Notes under the pieces: model-generated | Told to the model about the DNA's origin: nothing | Database searches by the model: none | What the model saw: the letters and a program-made list of their open reading frames with translations, nothing else | Assembly: GCF_009914755.1 (NCBI RefSeq) | Contig: NC_060929.1 | DNA from: the human T2T-CHM13v2.0 reference genome, Homo sapiens | DNA: 64,000 nucleotides | Strand: one strand, 5' to 3' | Shown here: positions 34,664-51,749 of the stretch, one piece after another | Numbering within the stretch: position 1 is the first letter of the stretch | Layout of the letters: each line of letters opens with the position of its first letter | Translations under genes and position numbers: made by a program

Positions 34664-35855
34664 ACTCAAGAGCTAAACAAGAAACTGGGGGAAAAAAATC
34701 TTGCAATATATATGGCAAAGGGTTAATATCCTTAATAAATAAAAAAAGAAGACAGATGGTGAATAATCTTTATTCATCAGTTTCACCAACATATTTGCCC
34801 TGAACAGGATTGTCAGCTCTCAGTAGATATCTGGAACTCTATGCTGACTTAGGAGGAAAATTTAAATAGTCTACTGGTAAAAAGAAGTCAGCATTTGTCA
34901 GTGACAGTAGAACTGCTAGAAACTAGAGAAATCCAGGAAAAGCATGGCTTCATTTCCATGTTTTCACACTGAGCAAAATGAGGAAAGGAAAGTGTTATAC
35001 TGGGGCTGAACTGGCACATTTAAAATATAGAACAACTTATAACCCTGTGTTCTGGGGCTTCCTGAAAGTTAACAAAGATCTAGCAAGCTACAGGGGAAAT
35101 AAATAATAGGAGAATCATTCAATAACAGCTCTGTCTTTAATAAAGCTAATGTTTTGACAATTTTATAATGTTTGTATGGTTTTTGTTTTGTGGTAAGCTC
35201 AGAAGTAATCACAAAATATAATATGAAAGCATTATTATGATAAAAATAAAAACAACAAAAACAGATTGAACTAAGAGCAAAGGAAATCAATTCAATACCT
35301 TGCATTTCTCAAGGACTGATAGCTACACAGAGGGAGATAGCTACCAATACTGTAATTTGAGGGGCCCTAGAAAGGCTCCAGTGGAGATAATTCCTCTCAT
35401 TTCCTCCTCTGAAATTCAGCCTTTGAAATTTAATTCGTTAAGATCTCAAACGCCTTTGGTTTCTTATGCTAATAAGGACAAGGATATCAGCCTAAAGTCA
35501 TTTCCAACTATCACCCTTTCAAGGCCCCAGTGGAAAGAGAATTGAGACTAGAAAATGAGGTGAGAACCCTAAAAAGGGGAAACCTGGGAGGAGGCAAATA
35601 CACATTTCTAACCATTCTAGTTGTACCAAGGTCAACATATCTCCCAGGCACACACATCACACAGGGACATCTGAAAGGGAGAGAACTGACAAGGAAACCT
35701 GCATAGATTCTAGAGCAGGTGCTCGCTAAGGTGTAACTTGCTGGCTTAGAAGGTACTGGCAAAGACACAGGGTTGCAGACATCGACTTCTTAGCAGATAT
35801 CCTCCCACTCACTGCCTCAGCCTTCAGGGCTTCTTCAGAATTTCACAAATGCACC

Positions 35856-36213
<358 letters not shown>

Positions 36214-36564
36214 TAATTGCCCCAGCGGTGGGCTTCCAACTTCCCTGCAGCCATGCCTGCCCTCTGCATTTGCATATCTTGCTGGGTTTTCACAACAAAA
36301 AGAGTTGGTCACAGGTGAATCAGCAGCTCAAGAAAAGCACAAATATTTTTCTGAGAAAATAAAATAAAAAGCTAAAAGCTTGCAAAGCCACCAGATGCTG
36401 AATACCTCAGAAAAAGAATTGCTTTGTAATACTGCTTTGAAATGAGCTTTCTAAGCAGATGAGGTTCTCCCTCCTTCTAAACCACCTCCCAGCAAACCAG
36501 ATATTCAGGTCATTCTCATTACTTTCTGGGGGTATCTCCATAGTTTAGAAGGCAAGATCACAAA

Positions 36565-36856
36565 TTTTTTTTTTTTTTTCTGAGACAGGGAGCTCTGTTG
36601 CCCAGGCTGGAGCGCAGTGGCAGGATCACCACTCACTGCTGCCTCAGGCTCCCAGGCTCAAGCAATTCTTCCATCTCACCCCTATGAGAAGCTGAGACTA
36701 CAGGCATGCCACCTTGCCTGGCTAATTTTTTTTTTAATAGAGATGGGACTCTCCTTATGTTGCCCAGGCTTGTCTCAAACTCTTGGACTCAAGAGATCCT
36801 CCTGCATCAGCCTCCCAAAGTGCTGAGATTACAGGCATGAGCCCCCATGCCTAGCC
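36565..36856 (-). mobile_element. AluJ
   Basis: Diverged Alu with J-type ggctcaagcaattc motif and T-tract. Confidence 0.85.
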
Positions 36857-37289
36857 ATAAGGTCACTAAGTTCCAAAGAAAACTAACATTTCTTTAGCAC
36901 TTACCAATGTCAGGCACTATGAAAGTGACTTTCATGCATTTAATCCTTAATTCACCTCTATTTTGGGTATGAGAATAATTATCCCTGTTTTACAAATGTA
37001 GGAACTGGTACTTATAGAGCTCAAACCTATGCTCAAAGTCAGCAACTGAGGCAGAGCCAGACAGCAAAGTAAAAAGAAAAGCCTGCTGACACTACAGCTA
37101 GAGCCCTTCCCCTTCTGCACTGTACTCTCAGATTCACAAATATGGGGAAAAAAATGCACCTAAACTTGGCCAAGATCTACAAAGGTCAATTGAATAAAGG
37201 AGCTAGAAATACTTGGGTGAGCTTTACTGGGGAAAGCGGGGAGGGAAGTAAAAAGTGGCTCCTCCACTACTTAAATAGTGTCAGTACAG

Positions 37290-39400
37290 TAATTCATGAA
37301 GCAGGTACTTACGAGCTCATGCTGTGTGCTAGACAGTGTTCTGAGCACGGGAGATGGACTAGAGGGGGACAAATCAAATCCCTAACCTCATGGAGTTTAG
37401 ATTGATAATGAAGACCTACAACATTGCAGCTGGCAGTGAGAGACAGGACTAGCTGGATTTCCTAGGCCAACTAAGAATCCCTAAGCCTAGCTGGGAAGGT
37501 GACCACATCTACCTTGAAACACAGGGCTTGCAACTTGGCTCACACCTGACCAATCAGCTAGTAAAGACAGCTCACTAAAAGGCTAATTCGGCTAAAACAG
37601 GAGGTAAATAAATAGCCAATCATCTATCACCTGAGAGCAGAGGGGGATGGATAATGATCGGGATACAACCCCAGGCATTCCAGCCAGCAATGTCAACGCC
37701 CTTAGGGTCCCCTCCCACTGTATGGGAGCTCTGTTTTCACTCTATTAAATCTTGCAACTGCACACTCTCTGGTCTGTGTTTATTCCCGTTCGAATTGAGC
37801 TTTTCCTCACCATCCACCACTGCTGATAGCTGTCGTTGCAGACACCGCTGCTGACTTCCACCCCTCCGGATCTGGCAGGGTGTCTGCTGCACTTCTGATC
37901 CAGCGAGGCGGCACCCAATTGGGCTAGAGGCTCCCCATTGTTCCTGCCTGGGGTTTGTCCTAATCGAGCTGAATAGAGCTATAACACTCACTGCATGGCC
38001 CAAGATTCCATTCCTTGGAATCCATGAGGCCAAGAACCCCAGGTCAGAGAACAAGAGGCTTGCCACCATCTTGGAAGCCGCCCACCACCTTCTTGGAAGC
38101 AGCCCACCACCATCCTGGGAGCTCTAAGAACGAGGACACCCCGGTAACAGCAGCATGGGCTATGAAGAAAAACAAGGAAAAGTGGTGTGATTTTGGAAAG
38201 GGTGGCCAGGGAAAGCCTCTCTGAGGAGAAGACACTTGAGCAAGAGGCCTACCTGAAGCAAAGGAGTCAGCCATCCACAGGGCTGAGGGAAGAGTTTAGG
38301 CTGAGGCACCGTAAGTGCAAAAGCTCTGAGGAGTTCATCTGACTTGTTCCAGGAACAGCCAGGCCAGTGAGTCAGGATATCCATGAGTGAGGAAGACTGG
38401 TAGGAGAGGAGGTCAGAGAACCAGCTATGGGACAGGTAATAGGACTGTGTTTCTCAAATTTTAGCCGGTCTCAGTCTCACTAGCATACCCTGTGTGTGAA
38501 AACTCATTTTGCTGGCTACCCCTAGAGTTTCTGCCTCAATAGGTGGGGCCTGCGAATTTGCATTTCTAACAAGTTCCCAAGTGATACTGATCCTGCTGGC
38601 CTGGGGACCGCAGTATGGCAGCCTTCCAAGTCCTGATAAGACTTTGAATTATGTTCTAAATGTGACTGGAAGCACTGGAAGATTCTGAGCAGAGGATGAA
38701 GAAAAGTTATAATGGGACAAGGGTAGAAGCACGGAACCAGAATGGAAGCCATTACAAGAGTTCAGGCAAGAAATAGTGATGGTCTAGAATGAGAGCAGCT
38801 GTGTTGGAAAGTGGGGAAATGGTCGGACTCAGACTTTCTGAAGGTAGTACTGATGCACTTGTTCATGGACCTATGTGACATGAGAGGCAAAGAGAAATCA
38901 AGAGGTGAGTCCTAGGCTGTAGACTGACCTACTGAATGGAAGCATTTGCTAAAATGGGAAGATAATTTTGGAATTGGGTTTCATTTTGAACACAATTACT
39001 TTGAGATTCCCATTAGACATCCAAGTGGGGTAGTGAGTGGGCAGATAAATTACACGTCTCAAGCCTTGGGAGACGTCCAGGACAGAGGTATAAATTTGAA
39101 AGGTATATTTTTATAACCAATAGGTACAATAATCGGGCTAGATGAGATCATGAGAGAGTGAGTGCAAATGCTCACTCTCTCTTGGCCCAAATACTGAGCC
39201 CTGAGGCACACAGAGTAGACAGAGAAGGAACAGCCTATGAAATAGGAAAAACCCAGGAGAATAGGAAGAAGCTGTGGAAATCAACAGAAAAGGTGTTTCC
39301 ATAAGAAGGTCATAACCCAATGCTGATAGAGTTGGAGTAAAAGGAGGACCAAGATGTGACCACTGGAATTGGCAACCTGCACCTGGAAACATTTTGGTGA
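37290..39400 (-). mobile_element. L2 fragments interrupted by LTR17 and a MER5A-like element (~38445-38615)
   Basis: tgtgctagacagtgttctgagc...cctcatggagttt; gagattcccattagacatccaagt; MER5A tttgcatttctaacaagttcccaagtgat. Confidence 0.7.
37437..38149 (+). mobile_element. LTR17 (HERV-W) solo LTR
   Basis: tgagagacaggactagctggatttcctagg...ccccggtaaca; TSD GCAG (37433-37436 / 38150-38153). Confidence 0.95.
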
Positions 39401-39408
39401 ATTAGTGG

Positions 39409-39740
39409 CCAGAGCTGGATTTACCATAAGGCTAATGAAGCTTAATTTCAAGGCCCCTCACTTACACAGGAGCATCAAAATTTCCAGAAAGGGCACTAGC
39501 AAGATATTCACATGTTCATATGTTTTTGTAAAATTTACAAAGGTAAAACTAAGACTTCTATTAAATTTGTCTTTTCACTTTGACTTCCCTTCTGTTAAAA
39601 GGCACTGGTGTTGCCAAGGTCAATTTTGGAATCTGGCTAAGGGCAAGTTGAGTTGGGGATACATTTATTTTGTGTTTAACAGGGTATATTATATGACTCA
39701 TGGTCACTTTCATATAGAATAGTTATTATCAGTTGTTCTG
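39409..39740. mobile_element. Probable hAT-type DNA transposon remnant
   Basis: cagagctggatttaccataaggctaatgaagcttaatttcaaggccc resembles a hAT/Tip100 terminus; family uncertain. Confidence 0.4.
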
Positions 39741-40035
39741 GAATATGAGATCTTTGGTTTTCACATCTGTGGAGTTTTCCATGATTTATAGTAAGGGAGT
39801 CGGGAGCTTGGAAAATAGACCAAATGCCACTGAGCATCACCAAAGAACCTGTATCTCAAGAGTTTCTCCTGGTGCCTGCCTTACATTCTAATCTTGTGTG
39901 GACATGAGAGAGAATGGGAGGTTCATCAGAAATTGTATTTTAATCAGCTAGGGCACAGGTCTTAAAAGTTATACCTATTGTTATTTTTGTTGGTATCTGG
40001 TTTTAGTAGAAGAGCCTATTCAATTAAAATCTTAC

Positions 40036-40197
40036 AGGGACACTCATTATTTGCCAGAGACAAAAGCAGTTTTAAAGTCGATTGGGCCTCATGCATCCTG
40101 GTTTCCCCAGTAGCCCAACCAGCCTCTAAGGACTGTACTTTGACAACTGCTGGTGTGGGCATTTGGATTTCTCTGACTCGTGTCACAATTACATACA
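40036..40197 (-). other. Candidate 162-nt exon (phase 1-1, one open frame)
   Basis: ttctccttttgctctaatag|TGTATG...GTCCCT|gtaaga; frame YVIVTRVREIQMPTPAVVKVQSLEAGWATGETRMHEAQSTLKLLLSLANNECP. No homologue recognised. Confidence 0.4.
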
Positions 40198-40809
40198 CTA
40201 TTAGAGCAAAAGGAGAATTGTTTGGACTCCAAATTTCAGATGGGCAGACTAAACCTAAGTTAAGTTTGGCCTTGCCTACCTACCTTCATCGTCTACACAA
40301 ATACATCACAGAAAAATAGACGAATTTTAGAATATCCAAAGCAAACAAAGAAAATGTGTGCTTAACCGAGAATATTTCTGTGCCAAAGGAAAGCTGGTAG
40401 CTGAATGATCAAGAAAATAACTAAACTTGTAAGAACTAAGCTGATAGTTATCCCCCTACACGCTCAATTTTCCCACCCACCCAAAACTTACCTGATATAA
40501 ATTGACAGATATTGATCGGACATCCAGCTTTCCAGGGCCCTTCCCTGGAAATGCTGATTTGGCCTGCCTGCAATGAGGCCCAATAATTTGTATTTTAATA
40601 ACCAAGCAGTTCTTCTCATCAAGGAAATTGTAAAGTAGTAGATTTGAATGTTGCTACTCAAAATGTAATAAGGGAATCAGCAACAGCACAGCATTACCAA
40701 GGAGCTTGTTGGAAATGCAGACTATTAGAATCTACCCTAAACCTCCTGAATCAGAACTTGCATTTTCTGAGGTTGCATAGTGCTGAGAATATTGGAAGGA
40801 AAAATAAGC

Positions 40810-41577
<768 letters not shown>

Positions 41578-41599
41578 TCATTTATTGACTGGGGTTCAA

Positions 41600-42919
<1,320 letters not shown>

Positions 42920-43477
42920 GTTGTGAGATGAAGAAGCCATTTTAACTTTCTCTCCCTGACAACAAAACCCAAATAAGCCATTTGCCTGATACCTAAGACA
43001 AACTCACATGTTGGCCAAATTTAAAAAACTGAATTCAATATCCTGACGTTGTATACAGAATTTAATACTAGCAATACTTAATACAAGTTATATAAAAAGT
43101 ATAACAAGCTTATCTTTCATGAAAGACAACTGGCTGTAAATCCTATTGGCAAGATTCAAACAGTAAAATTATTAACCACTTACCACAAATGTGAAAGAAA
43201 ATCTTCATGAACCAAAACTCTTCACCAAAATGAGCTGCTACTTCTAAAAGTGTCATCACCTCTACCTTATACTTACATAAGATCACAGTCCCTGGAAGTT
43301 TTCCAACTGGTACTCAAACGGGCAAGAGTTATTGTTAGCTGCAGATTGCCTAACACTGTCTAATATGTTAATTCTTTTGAGCATCCACAAATAAGTCAAA
43401 TCAGATGAATAATTTGAGACTTTTGCATAACCATATTCAGCTGTGCTTTGTGGGGGTGCTCCTGGTTGGGCTACATT

Positions 43478-43496
43478 TCAGCACTAGGGGGCAATA
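43478..43496 (+). promoter_or_regulatory. CTCF-like motif
   Basis: tcagcactagggggcaata matches the CCASYAGRKGGCR core with one mismatch; lies in apparently unique DNA. Confidence 0.5.
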
Positions 43497-44221
43497 TCCT
43501 CACTTAGAATCTACTCTCCACTTGCACATGCCTAACACATTTTTGTTGTTGCTTTTTTCCTCCTAACTAGGGGATTTCTCAGTTAAAGAATCCAAAGAGG
43601 ACATAAAATAAAATGCCATCCGAAATTCACTTGGGGGCTGTGGAAAACTTGCTCTCCAGTTATTTTTGAAAACTCTCAACAGTAGTTGCTGAATTCTGAT
43701 TTTTACCTGGGCAGTTACAGCTTGTCATTTTCCATGTGAATGATTCTGTAAGCAGAGCCCAAAACTCTCATAGCCTCTGTTGTCATTGCCTATCAACCAG
43801 CCATCAAATCAAAACTATTTTTTTTCAAGAGTTAATTTCACCCAGATGCTGAATTTAAAAAGGGAGAGGTAATTTCCTTGACATTTCTAGACTTGATTAG
43901 ACATAGACTAATTCAGTGGTAGGGAATGAGGGAGGATGGAAAATTTGTTAATTAAGTTTCATTAGGGAAAAGCATGAAAACAGTCTTTCTACTACCCAAA
44001 TGCTTGGGAAATACTGTATATTTTTCCAGAGTTAAAGGCTCTCTCTCATATCTAAAATTGCATATATACAGGTTACCTAACAAACCACTCAACAAAGTCA
44101 GATTGCTCTTTGGGAAAACTGTCTTGGGAGAGTAACTATGAGGTTTATGGAAAGTCATAGTTTATGATAGAGGGATTTGTCCACTTCTCAAAATTAACAT
44201 TTTTTGAGCATTTGTTTTTCT

Positions 44222-45595
44222 TTTTCTAAAAACTTTTATTATAGGTTCAGGGGTACACGTGCAGGTTTGTTATATAGATAAATTGTGTGTCATGGAGATT
44301 TGGTGCACAGATTATTTAGTCACTCAGGTAGTAGGCACAGGACCCAGTGGTAGTTTTTTTATCCTCTATCCTCCCACCCTCCACCCTCAAGTAGGCCCTG
44401 GTGCCTGTTGTCCCTTCTTAGTGTCCATGTGTACTCAATGTTTAGCTCCCACTTATAAGTGAGAACATGTAGTATTTGGTTTTCCGTTCCTAAATTCACT
44501 TACAATAATCGCATCCAGCTCCATCCATGTTGCTGCAAAGGACATGATCTTACTGTTTTCTATGGCTGTGCAGTATTCCATGGCATATATGTATCACAAT
44601 TTCTTTATCCAGTCTACCATTGATGGGCATTCAGGTTGATTCCATGTCTTTGCTATTGTGAATAGTGCTGTGATGAACATAGGTGTGTGTGTGTGTCTTT
44701 ACGGTAGAACGATTTGTATTCCTTTGGGTATATACCCAGTGATGGAACTGCTAATGGTAATTCCATTAGCAGTAAATGGTAGTTCCAAGTACTTTGAAGA
44801 ATAGCCCACACTGCTTTCCATAATGGTTGAACCATTCCCACCAGCAGTTTGTAAGTGATCCCTTTTCTCTGTAACTTTACTAGCATCTGTTATTTTTTTT
44901 TTACTTTTTAATAATAGCCGTTATTAAAAATGGCTGGTATGAAATGGTATCTCATTGTGGTTTCAATTTGCGTTTCCCTAATGATTAGTCATGTTGAGCA
45001 TTTTTTCATATGCTTATTGGCCACGTGTATCTTTTGTTCATGTCCTTTGTCCACTTTTTAATGGTTTTTTTTCTTAATTTGTTTAAGTTCCACATAGATT
45101 CTGGATATTAGACCTTTGTCAGATGCATATTTCACAAATGCTTTCTCCCATTCTGTAGGTAGTCTGTTTATTTACTCTGTTAATAGTTTCTTTTGCTGTG
45201 CAGAAACTCTTTAGTTTAATTAGGTCCATTTGTCAATCTTTGGTTTTGTTGCAATTGCTTCTGTCATCTTTGTCATGAATTCTTTGCCAGGGCCATTGTC
45301 CGGAATGGTATTTCCCAGGTTATCATCCAGCGTTTTTATAGTTTTTGGTTTTATATTTAAGTATTTAATCCATCTTTAGTGGATTTTTGTATATAGTGTA
45401 AGGAGGGGGTCCAGCTTCAATCTTCTGCACATGGCTAGCCAGTTATCCCAGCACCATTTATAGAATAGGGAGTCTTTTTCTCATTACTTGTTTTGTCAAC
45501 TTTGTTGAAGATTAGTTGGTAGTAGGGATGCAGCTTTATTTCTGGGCTCTCTATTTGTTCCATTGGTTTATGTGTCTGTTTTTGCATCAATACCA
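44222..45595 (-). mobile_element. 5'-truncated L1PA15/16-like element
   Basis: ggttcaggggtacacgtgcaggtttgtt...cccaccctccaccctcaagtagg 3'UTR plus ORF2 3' remnants. Confidence 0.85.
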
Positions 45596-46864
45596 GAGCA
45601 CTTATTTTTCTGCTAAACGTATTACTCATTTTACCTTCACAGCAACGTAAATTCCGTGAAGCAATAACTTGCTCAAGGTCATTTCAGTTGAATGGATAAG
45701 TGAGTAGAACAGAGTCTGACACCAAAACTCACATGTTAATCTCTATATTATGCTGTCATCCAGAAGTCTTAAGAGACAGAGAATGCTAGAGCACAGGGAC
45801 TTCCGAAAGCAGGGTCTAGTGAAATTTCATCTTCAAATGAACTCTCACACAGAATCTCAAATTTAAAAAAAAACTTAAAAGGTAATGTTCTTAGCTGGAG
45901 CGGGTGAGAGAGGAGACCTCTGGCCTCACCCATTCAGCAGCAGCCACACCCCACCCCGCTTCCCAGTCATTTTGTTTTGCTACCCTGAAGCATCCTTGGG
46001 CTTCCTGCCAGCAAGTTACATAAACTGTAGTTCCAGCTCAACTCCTGTTTTGAAGATGAGTAAACTGTTCTTTCCAGTCAAGTTGTATTTAAAAACACAA
46101 CAGAATCAACAGAAAATGATTCCTCAGGCTGGTACAAAAAGTTAAACTTCTCCAACAGGAAAAATTGAGGCTCTGTATATTTTAAGCTCATCTGCTTCCT
46201 AGTATATAGCTCATCTTTTGAGTGGATAGGAATTTGGATCCATATCATGGCAATTACATTAAACATTTACTATATGCCTAATGTCAAGGCTGCTACATGG
46301 TTCTGCAATTTACCACAGCAGTACTCAGCTCAGCAGAATGAGACAGGGACCCAAAACCCACTTATTGCCTCTGCCTGGAAGGTGTACCTTTTTAAATTGA
46401 CAGTGGCTTTGTCTGTTTTCCAAGCTGTGTACCTTCAAGCCCAGCAGTGTCTTGCAGGAGGAGGTGCCTCTCTAATTCACACAAAAGCACTACAGGTGCA
46501 GACTGAGGCCCTGGTGGTAAAAATGCCTTTCATGCGTTATCTGATTTTAGTCCTCATTTAATCACTACAGTCCTATGAGGTGGCTCATCTGAGCCCTATT
46601 TCACAGTTGGGGAAACTGCCTAATTCTAGGTTTCCCATGTTATATAGTAGTAAAGGGAAAAAAGGGAGAAACTGAACCCAGGTGTCTTTATTGCCTAAGC
46701 CACTACCAGGATGTCCTGGTACAATGAACAGCCCCGTGGTTACCAATGTCACATGTGCACATATAGTCCCAGTGAGAACGGTTGCCATATTATCTTTCCA
46801 AAGTCCCATAGGCACCTTCCTCTCACTTATGCTCCAGAATAAGCATATAAAAATAAAATCAAGT

Positions 46865-47203
<339 letters not shown>

Positions 47204-47283
47204 TTATGAAATATTACAAATATGAAAACACACAAAAACAAATACATACTTTAAGGAATAAATTACAGTGAACACTCGTATAA

Positions 47284-47581
<298 letters not shown>

Positions 47582-47701
47582 TGACTTTTATGGTAATGGG
47601 GCTTTTCAAATATTTTTTGTACCTACAAATACATTTCTAAATAATATAGTATGAAATTCCCCACGACATATACATTTGAGTACAATTGTTGGGTCACTGG
47701 G

Positions 47702-48145
47702 TGTATCAGTCAGGGTTCTCTACAGGGACAAAACTAATAGGATAGATATATAGATATAAAGGGGAGTTTATTACATAGTATTAACTAACAGGATCACAAG
47801 GTCCAACAATAGGCCATCTGCAAGCTAAGGAGCAAAGAAGCCAGTTCGAGTCCCAAAACTGAAGAACTTGGAGTCCAGTGTTCAAGGGCAGGAAGCATCC
47901 AGCACGGGAGAAAGATGTAGGCTGGGAGGCTAGGCCAGTCTTGCCTTTTCACATTTTTCTGCCTACCTTATTAGATTTGCTGGCAGTTGATTAGATGGTG
48001 TCCACCCAGATTATTAAGGGTTGTTCTGTCTTTCCCAGCCCACTGACTCAAATGTTAATCTCCTTTAACAACACTCTCAAAGACATACCCAGGATCAATA
48101 CTTTGCATCCTTCAATCAAGTTGACATTTAGTATTAACCATCACA
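47702..48145 (-). mobile_element. MLT2A (HERV-L) solo LTR
   Basis: tgtatcagtcagggttctct...attaaccatcaca; 5-bp TSD CTGGG. Confidence 0.9.
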
Positions 48146-48894
48146 CTGGGTATGCAAATCTTGAAATTTACAAGGTAATAAACTATTTTCCAAAAATGGC
48201 TGTATCAATCTATACTCCTACCACCAATGTATGAGTTCCTATTGATCCAAATTCTTCCAAATACTTGGCATTGTCCGACTTTAAAATTTTTGCCACTCTG
48301 GTGTGTTGCTATCTCAATGTGATCTTATTTTGCATATCTCTGAATGTTTATTGGTCTTTTGAATTTCCTCTTTTGTGATATACTCAAGTCTTTTGTTCTT
48401 TATTGTATGAGTTGTCTTACTATGTTTACAGCTTTGATACATGGTAGACAAAATATGTTTACCAGCCAAAAGAAATGCTCTACCTCTTCAGTGTGACTTT
48501 TTCCCTACAAATCAATTTAATGTATATTTTTGTGCTGCAATTTTTCCACTAGGCTCAGGTTTCTCCACTGAGTTGGATGGAGTGAGGTGAAGTCACTCTA
48601 AACTTGATAATATCATTTTGAAAAAATATTCAGCTATTTTATTTGAAAACAAAATCCTTCTCAAGATTTCAAAGAGTAGTAAATGCTGAGATTTCCACTT
48701 CCTCACTTAGTAACTGGAAAGGCATGGTTGCTTGGACCCTCACCACTCTAGACACAAACTACTACTAGGAAGAATCATCTACACTGAAGGAATAAGGATT
48801 TGGAGTGACCTCCTAGCATTCTACTCATGGAGCAAGAAATGTCTTTCGAGATAGTGTATTCCTACTTATGACTTTAGAGACATTTGAAACTTAC

Positions 48895-48975
48895 CTGGTA
48901 ATATGAGCTTTGATCAGAAAGCCATGGTATGTTCCAAGATGATTTACACATGTAAACTCTGTGTACTCTTTTAGT
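48895..48975 (-). other. Candidate 81-nt exon
   Basis: ccactgcatttaacag|ACTAAA...TTACCAG|gtaagt; consensus donor, weaker acceptor. Confidence 0.3.
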
Positions 48976-49120
48976 CTGTTAAATGCAGTGGCATTTACAT
49001 GAGTGAACTAGTATTGGTTTTCAAGCCAAAGTAACTCATTTTGGGATTCTTAAGAGACTTCTGGAGGAAAACAGATTACTAGAAAATTTTAAGAGAAAAA
49101 TTTAAGCTGCCTAAGTCTTC

Positions 49121-49495
<375 letters not shown>

Positions 49496-49606
49496 TAGTC
49501 TTCCACCTGTCCATGCAAATATCCCTACAGAGCTCAAGTAAAGATTCCAAATATAGATGTTAGAGAATGAGGTTGTCAGGAGCCCCTGAGTTAAAAGATA
49601 GAGGGC

Positions 49607-50055
49607 TATTGTGGGTTGAATAATGGATCCCCACAAAAGATATGATGAGGTCCTAACCCCTAGTACCAGAGAATGTGACCTTATTTAGAAATAGGACCTT
49701 TACCAAGGTAAACAAGTTAAATGAGTTCATTTGAGTGGGCCCTAATCCACTGACTGGTGTCCTTATAAAAAAAAAAAATGGAGGGGGGCGGAATATGGAC
49801 ACTGATATAGATGTACACAGGGGGAAGATGATGTAGAGACACAGAGAAAAGAGGGCCATGTGACTGGAGTGATGCTGCCACAAGCTAAAGAACACCTGGG
49901 ACTACCAGAAGCTAGAAGAAGCAAAAAAGAATCCTTTCCCTACAGATTTCAGAGAGAATATGGCTTTGCTGACAGCCTGATTTAAATAAATTTCTGTCAT
50001 TTTAAGCCACCCAATTTGTGGTACTTTATTACAGTAGCCCTAGGAAATGAATACA
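49607..50055 (+). mobile_element. MLT1C-like MaLR solo LTR
   Basis: tattgtgggttgaataatgg...gaatgtgaccttatttagaaatagg...ccctaggaaatgaataca. Confidence 0.85.
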
Positions 50056-50934
50056 GAGGCTTTTAGACTTTTGAAAATCTAAGGAGGGAAGTAAACGGAT
50101 GGTTGGCTTGAGGGCAGAGGGAGGAGAAAGAGGAATATGTAATACATTTCTTCTATTTCCTTCCCTGCTAACCCCAACTGAAGGATTGTCTTAAGCCTGG
50201 ACACAAGCAGCAATGACTCAGGACCCAGATAGTCAAATATGACAATAGCTGGAGAGAGGACCATCTGCACTCTGCTAAAAGCTACAGTGCAGAGTAGCTG
50301 AGCCCAGCAAGGAACGCAGCATTTTTCTGGTGTCACTGACAACAAAGGTGGTCAGGGGTGATTGTGCAAGGACACAAGCATATCCAGTCCTGAGGATATG
50401 TCTGATAATTCTGGGAACTCCCAGTCTGTGGTTAAGAGTCATTATAATTTAGTCATTAATATTGACGTGACGATAGTTGTACCATAGGCTAATCAGACCT
50501 GGCATTTGCTGAGCAATTATTATATGCCAGAAATCATGCCAAGCAAGCTACCAAGAGCATGCACCTCAAAAAGCAGCTCCAAGGTAATTGTCAATAGAAG
50601 CAACACAACAATCTAAGGGCAACTTTTTAATCATCTAATCCAATATATTGGTGTAGTTCAAAAAATAAAATTGTTAAATTACTAGAAAAATGTATTTTTT
50701 TGTCGTTGCTTTGGGTATAATCCATATTAACAGAACACTTACCACCAGAGAACAAAAAAACAAAAAACAGGGAAACACTCTTCAAATCTAACAAAGTCAA
50801 AGGAAATGTTCATATTATTGGTAGGCACCAACAAGTAAATTCCGTCCTGTGAGAGAATTATAAAGAAACTCAAGGGCTTCTAGAGGAATCGCAGCCTTGT
50901 GAAGTTTATTCTCAGTTTGAAAAGGCAGGAAGGG

Positions 50935-51240
<306 letters not shown>

Positions 51241-51749
51241 TCACTGAGTACTTTTATGCCAGGCATACATTATTTAATCTAATCTGCAGAAATCCCACAA
51301 GAAAGGTATTTTTCCCATTTTACAAATGAGGAAACAAAGGCTCTGAGGGGTTATGAAGCTGCCAAGGTTATTCCTTAATAAATATAGTGGAGCTGCAATT
51401 TGAGTTCAAGTCTAGCTTGCGTCAAAGTTCTCCATGTTGCACCACAATCCCTAGAGAGTGTATTCAAAAAGAGTGCCAAATGCAAAGCTGGCAAAATCTA
51501 GGGGAGCAATTAAGCCAGAATTTAAATGACACTGATGAGGTGGGGGAGAGGAGATAATCTACCATAGAAGCTGTTATTCTTTAGACTTTCAGAAGTGGTA
51601 TGGCAAATTGCTGGCACAATTTTCTGATGTACTTTGATGAGCGACTGAGGATACCAAAATGACCCTCTATCAAAACTATCTTTTCAACCCACTATTCTAA
51701 CTCTTAGAAGATTTTTAATAGCTCTTCTTTTAACAACAAATTGCCTGAA

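Noticed and set aside
44725-44738. Palindrome tgggtatataccca
   Set aside because: Part of the normal L1 consensus.
47985-48000. DUX4-like site in MLT2A
   Set aside because: Reads CCATCTAATCA on minus, a poor match to TAAYYBAATCA.
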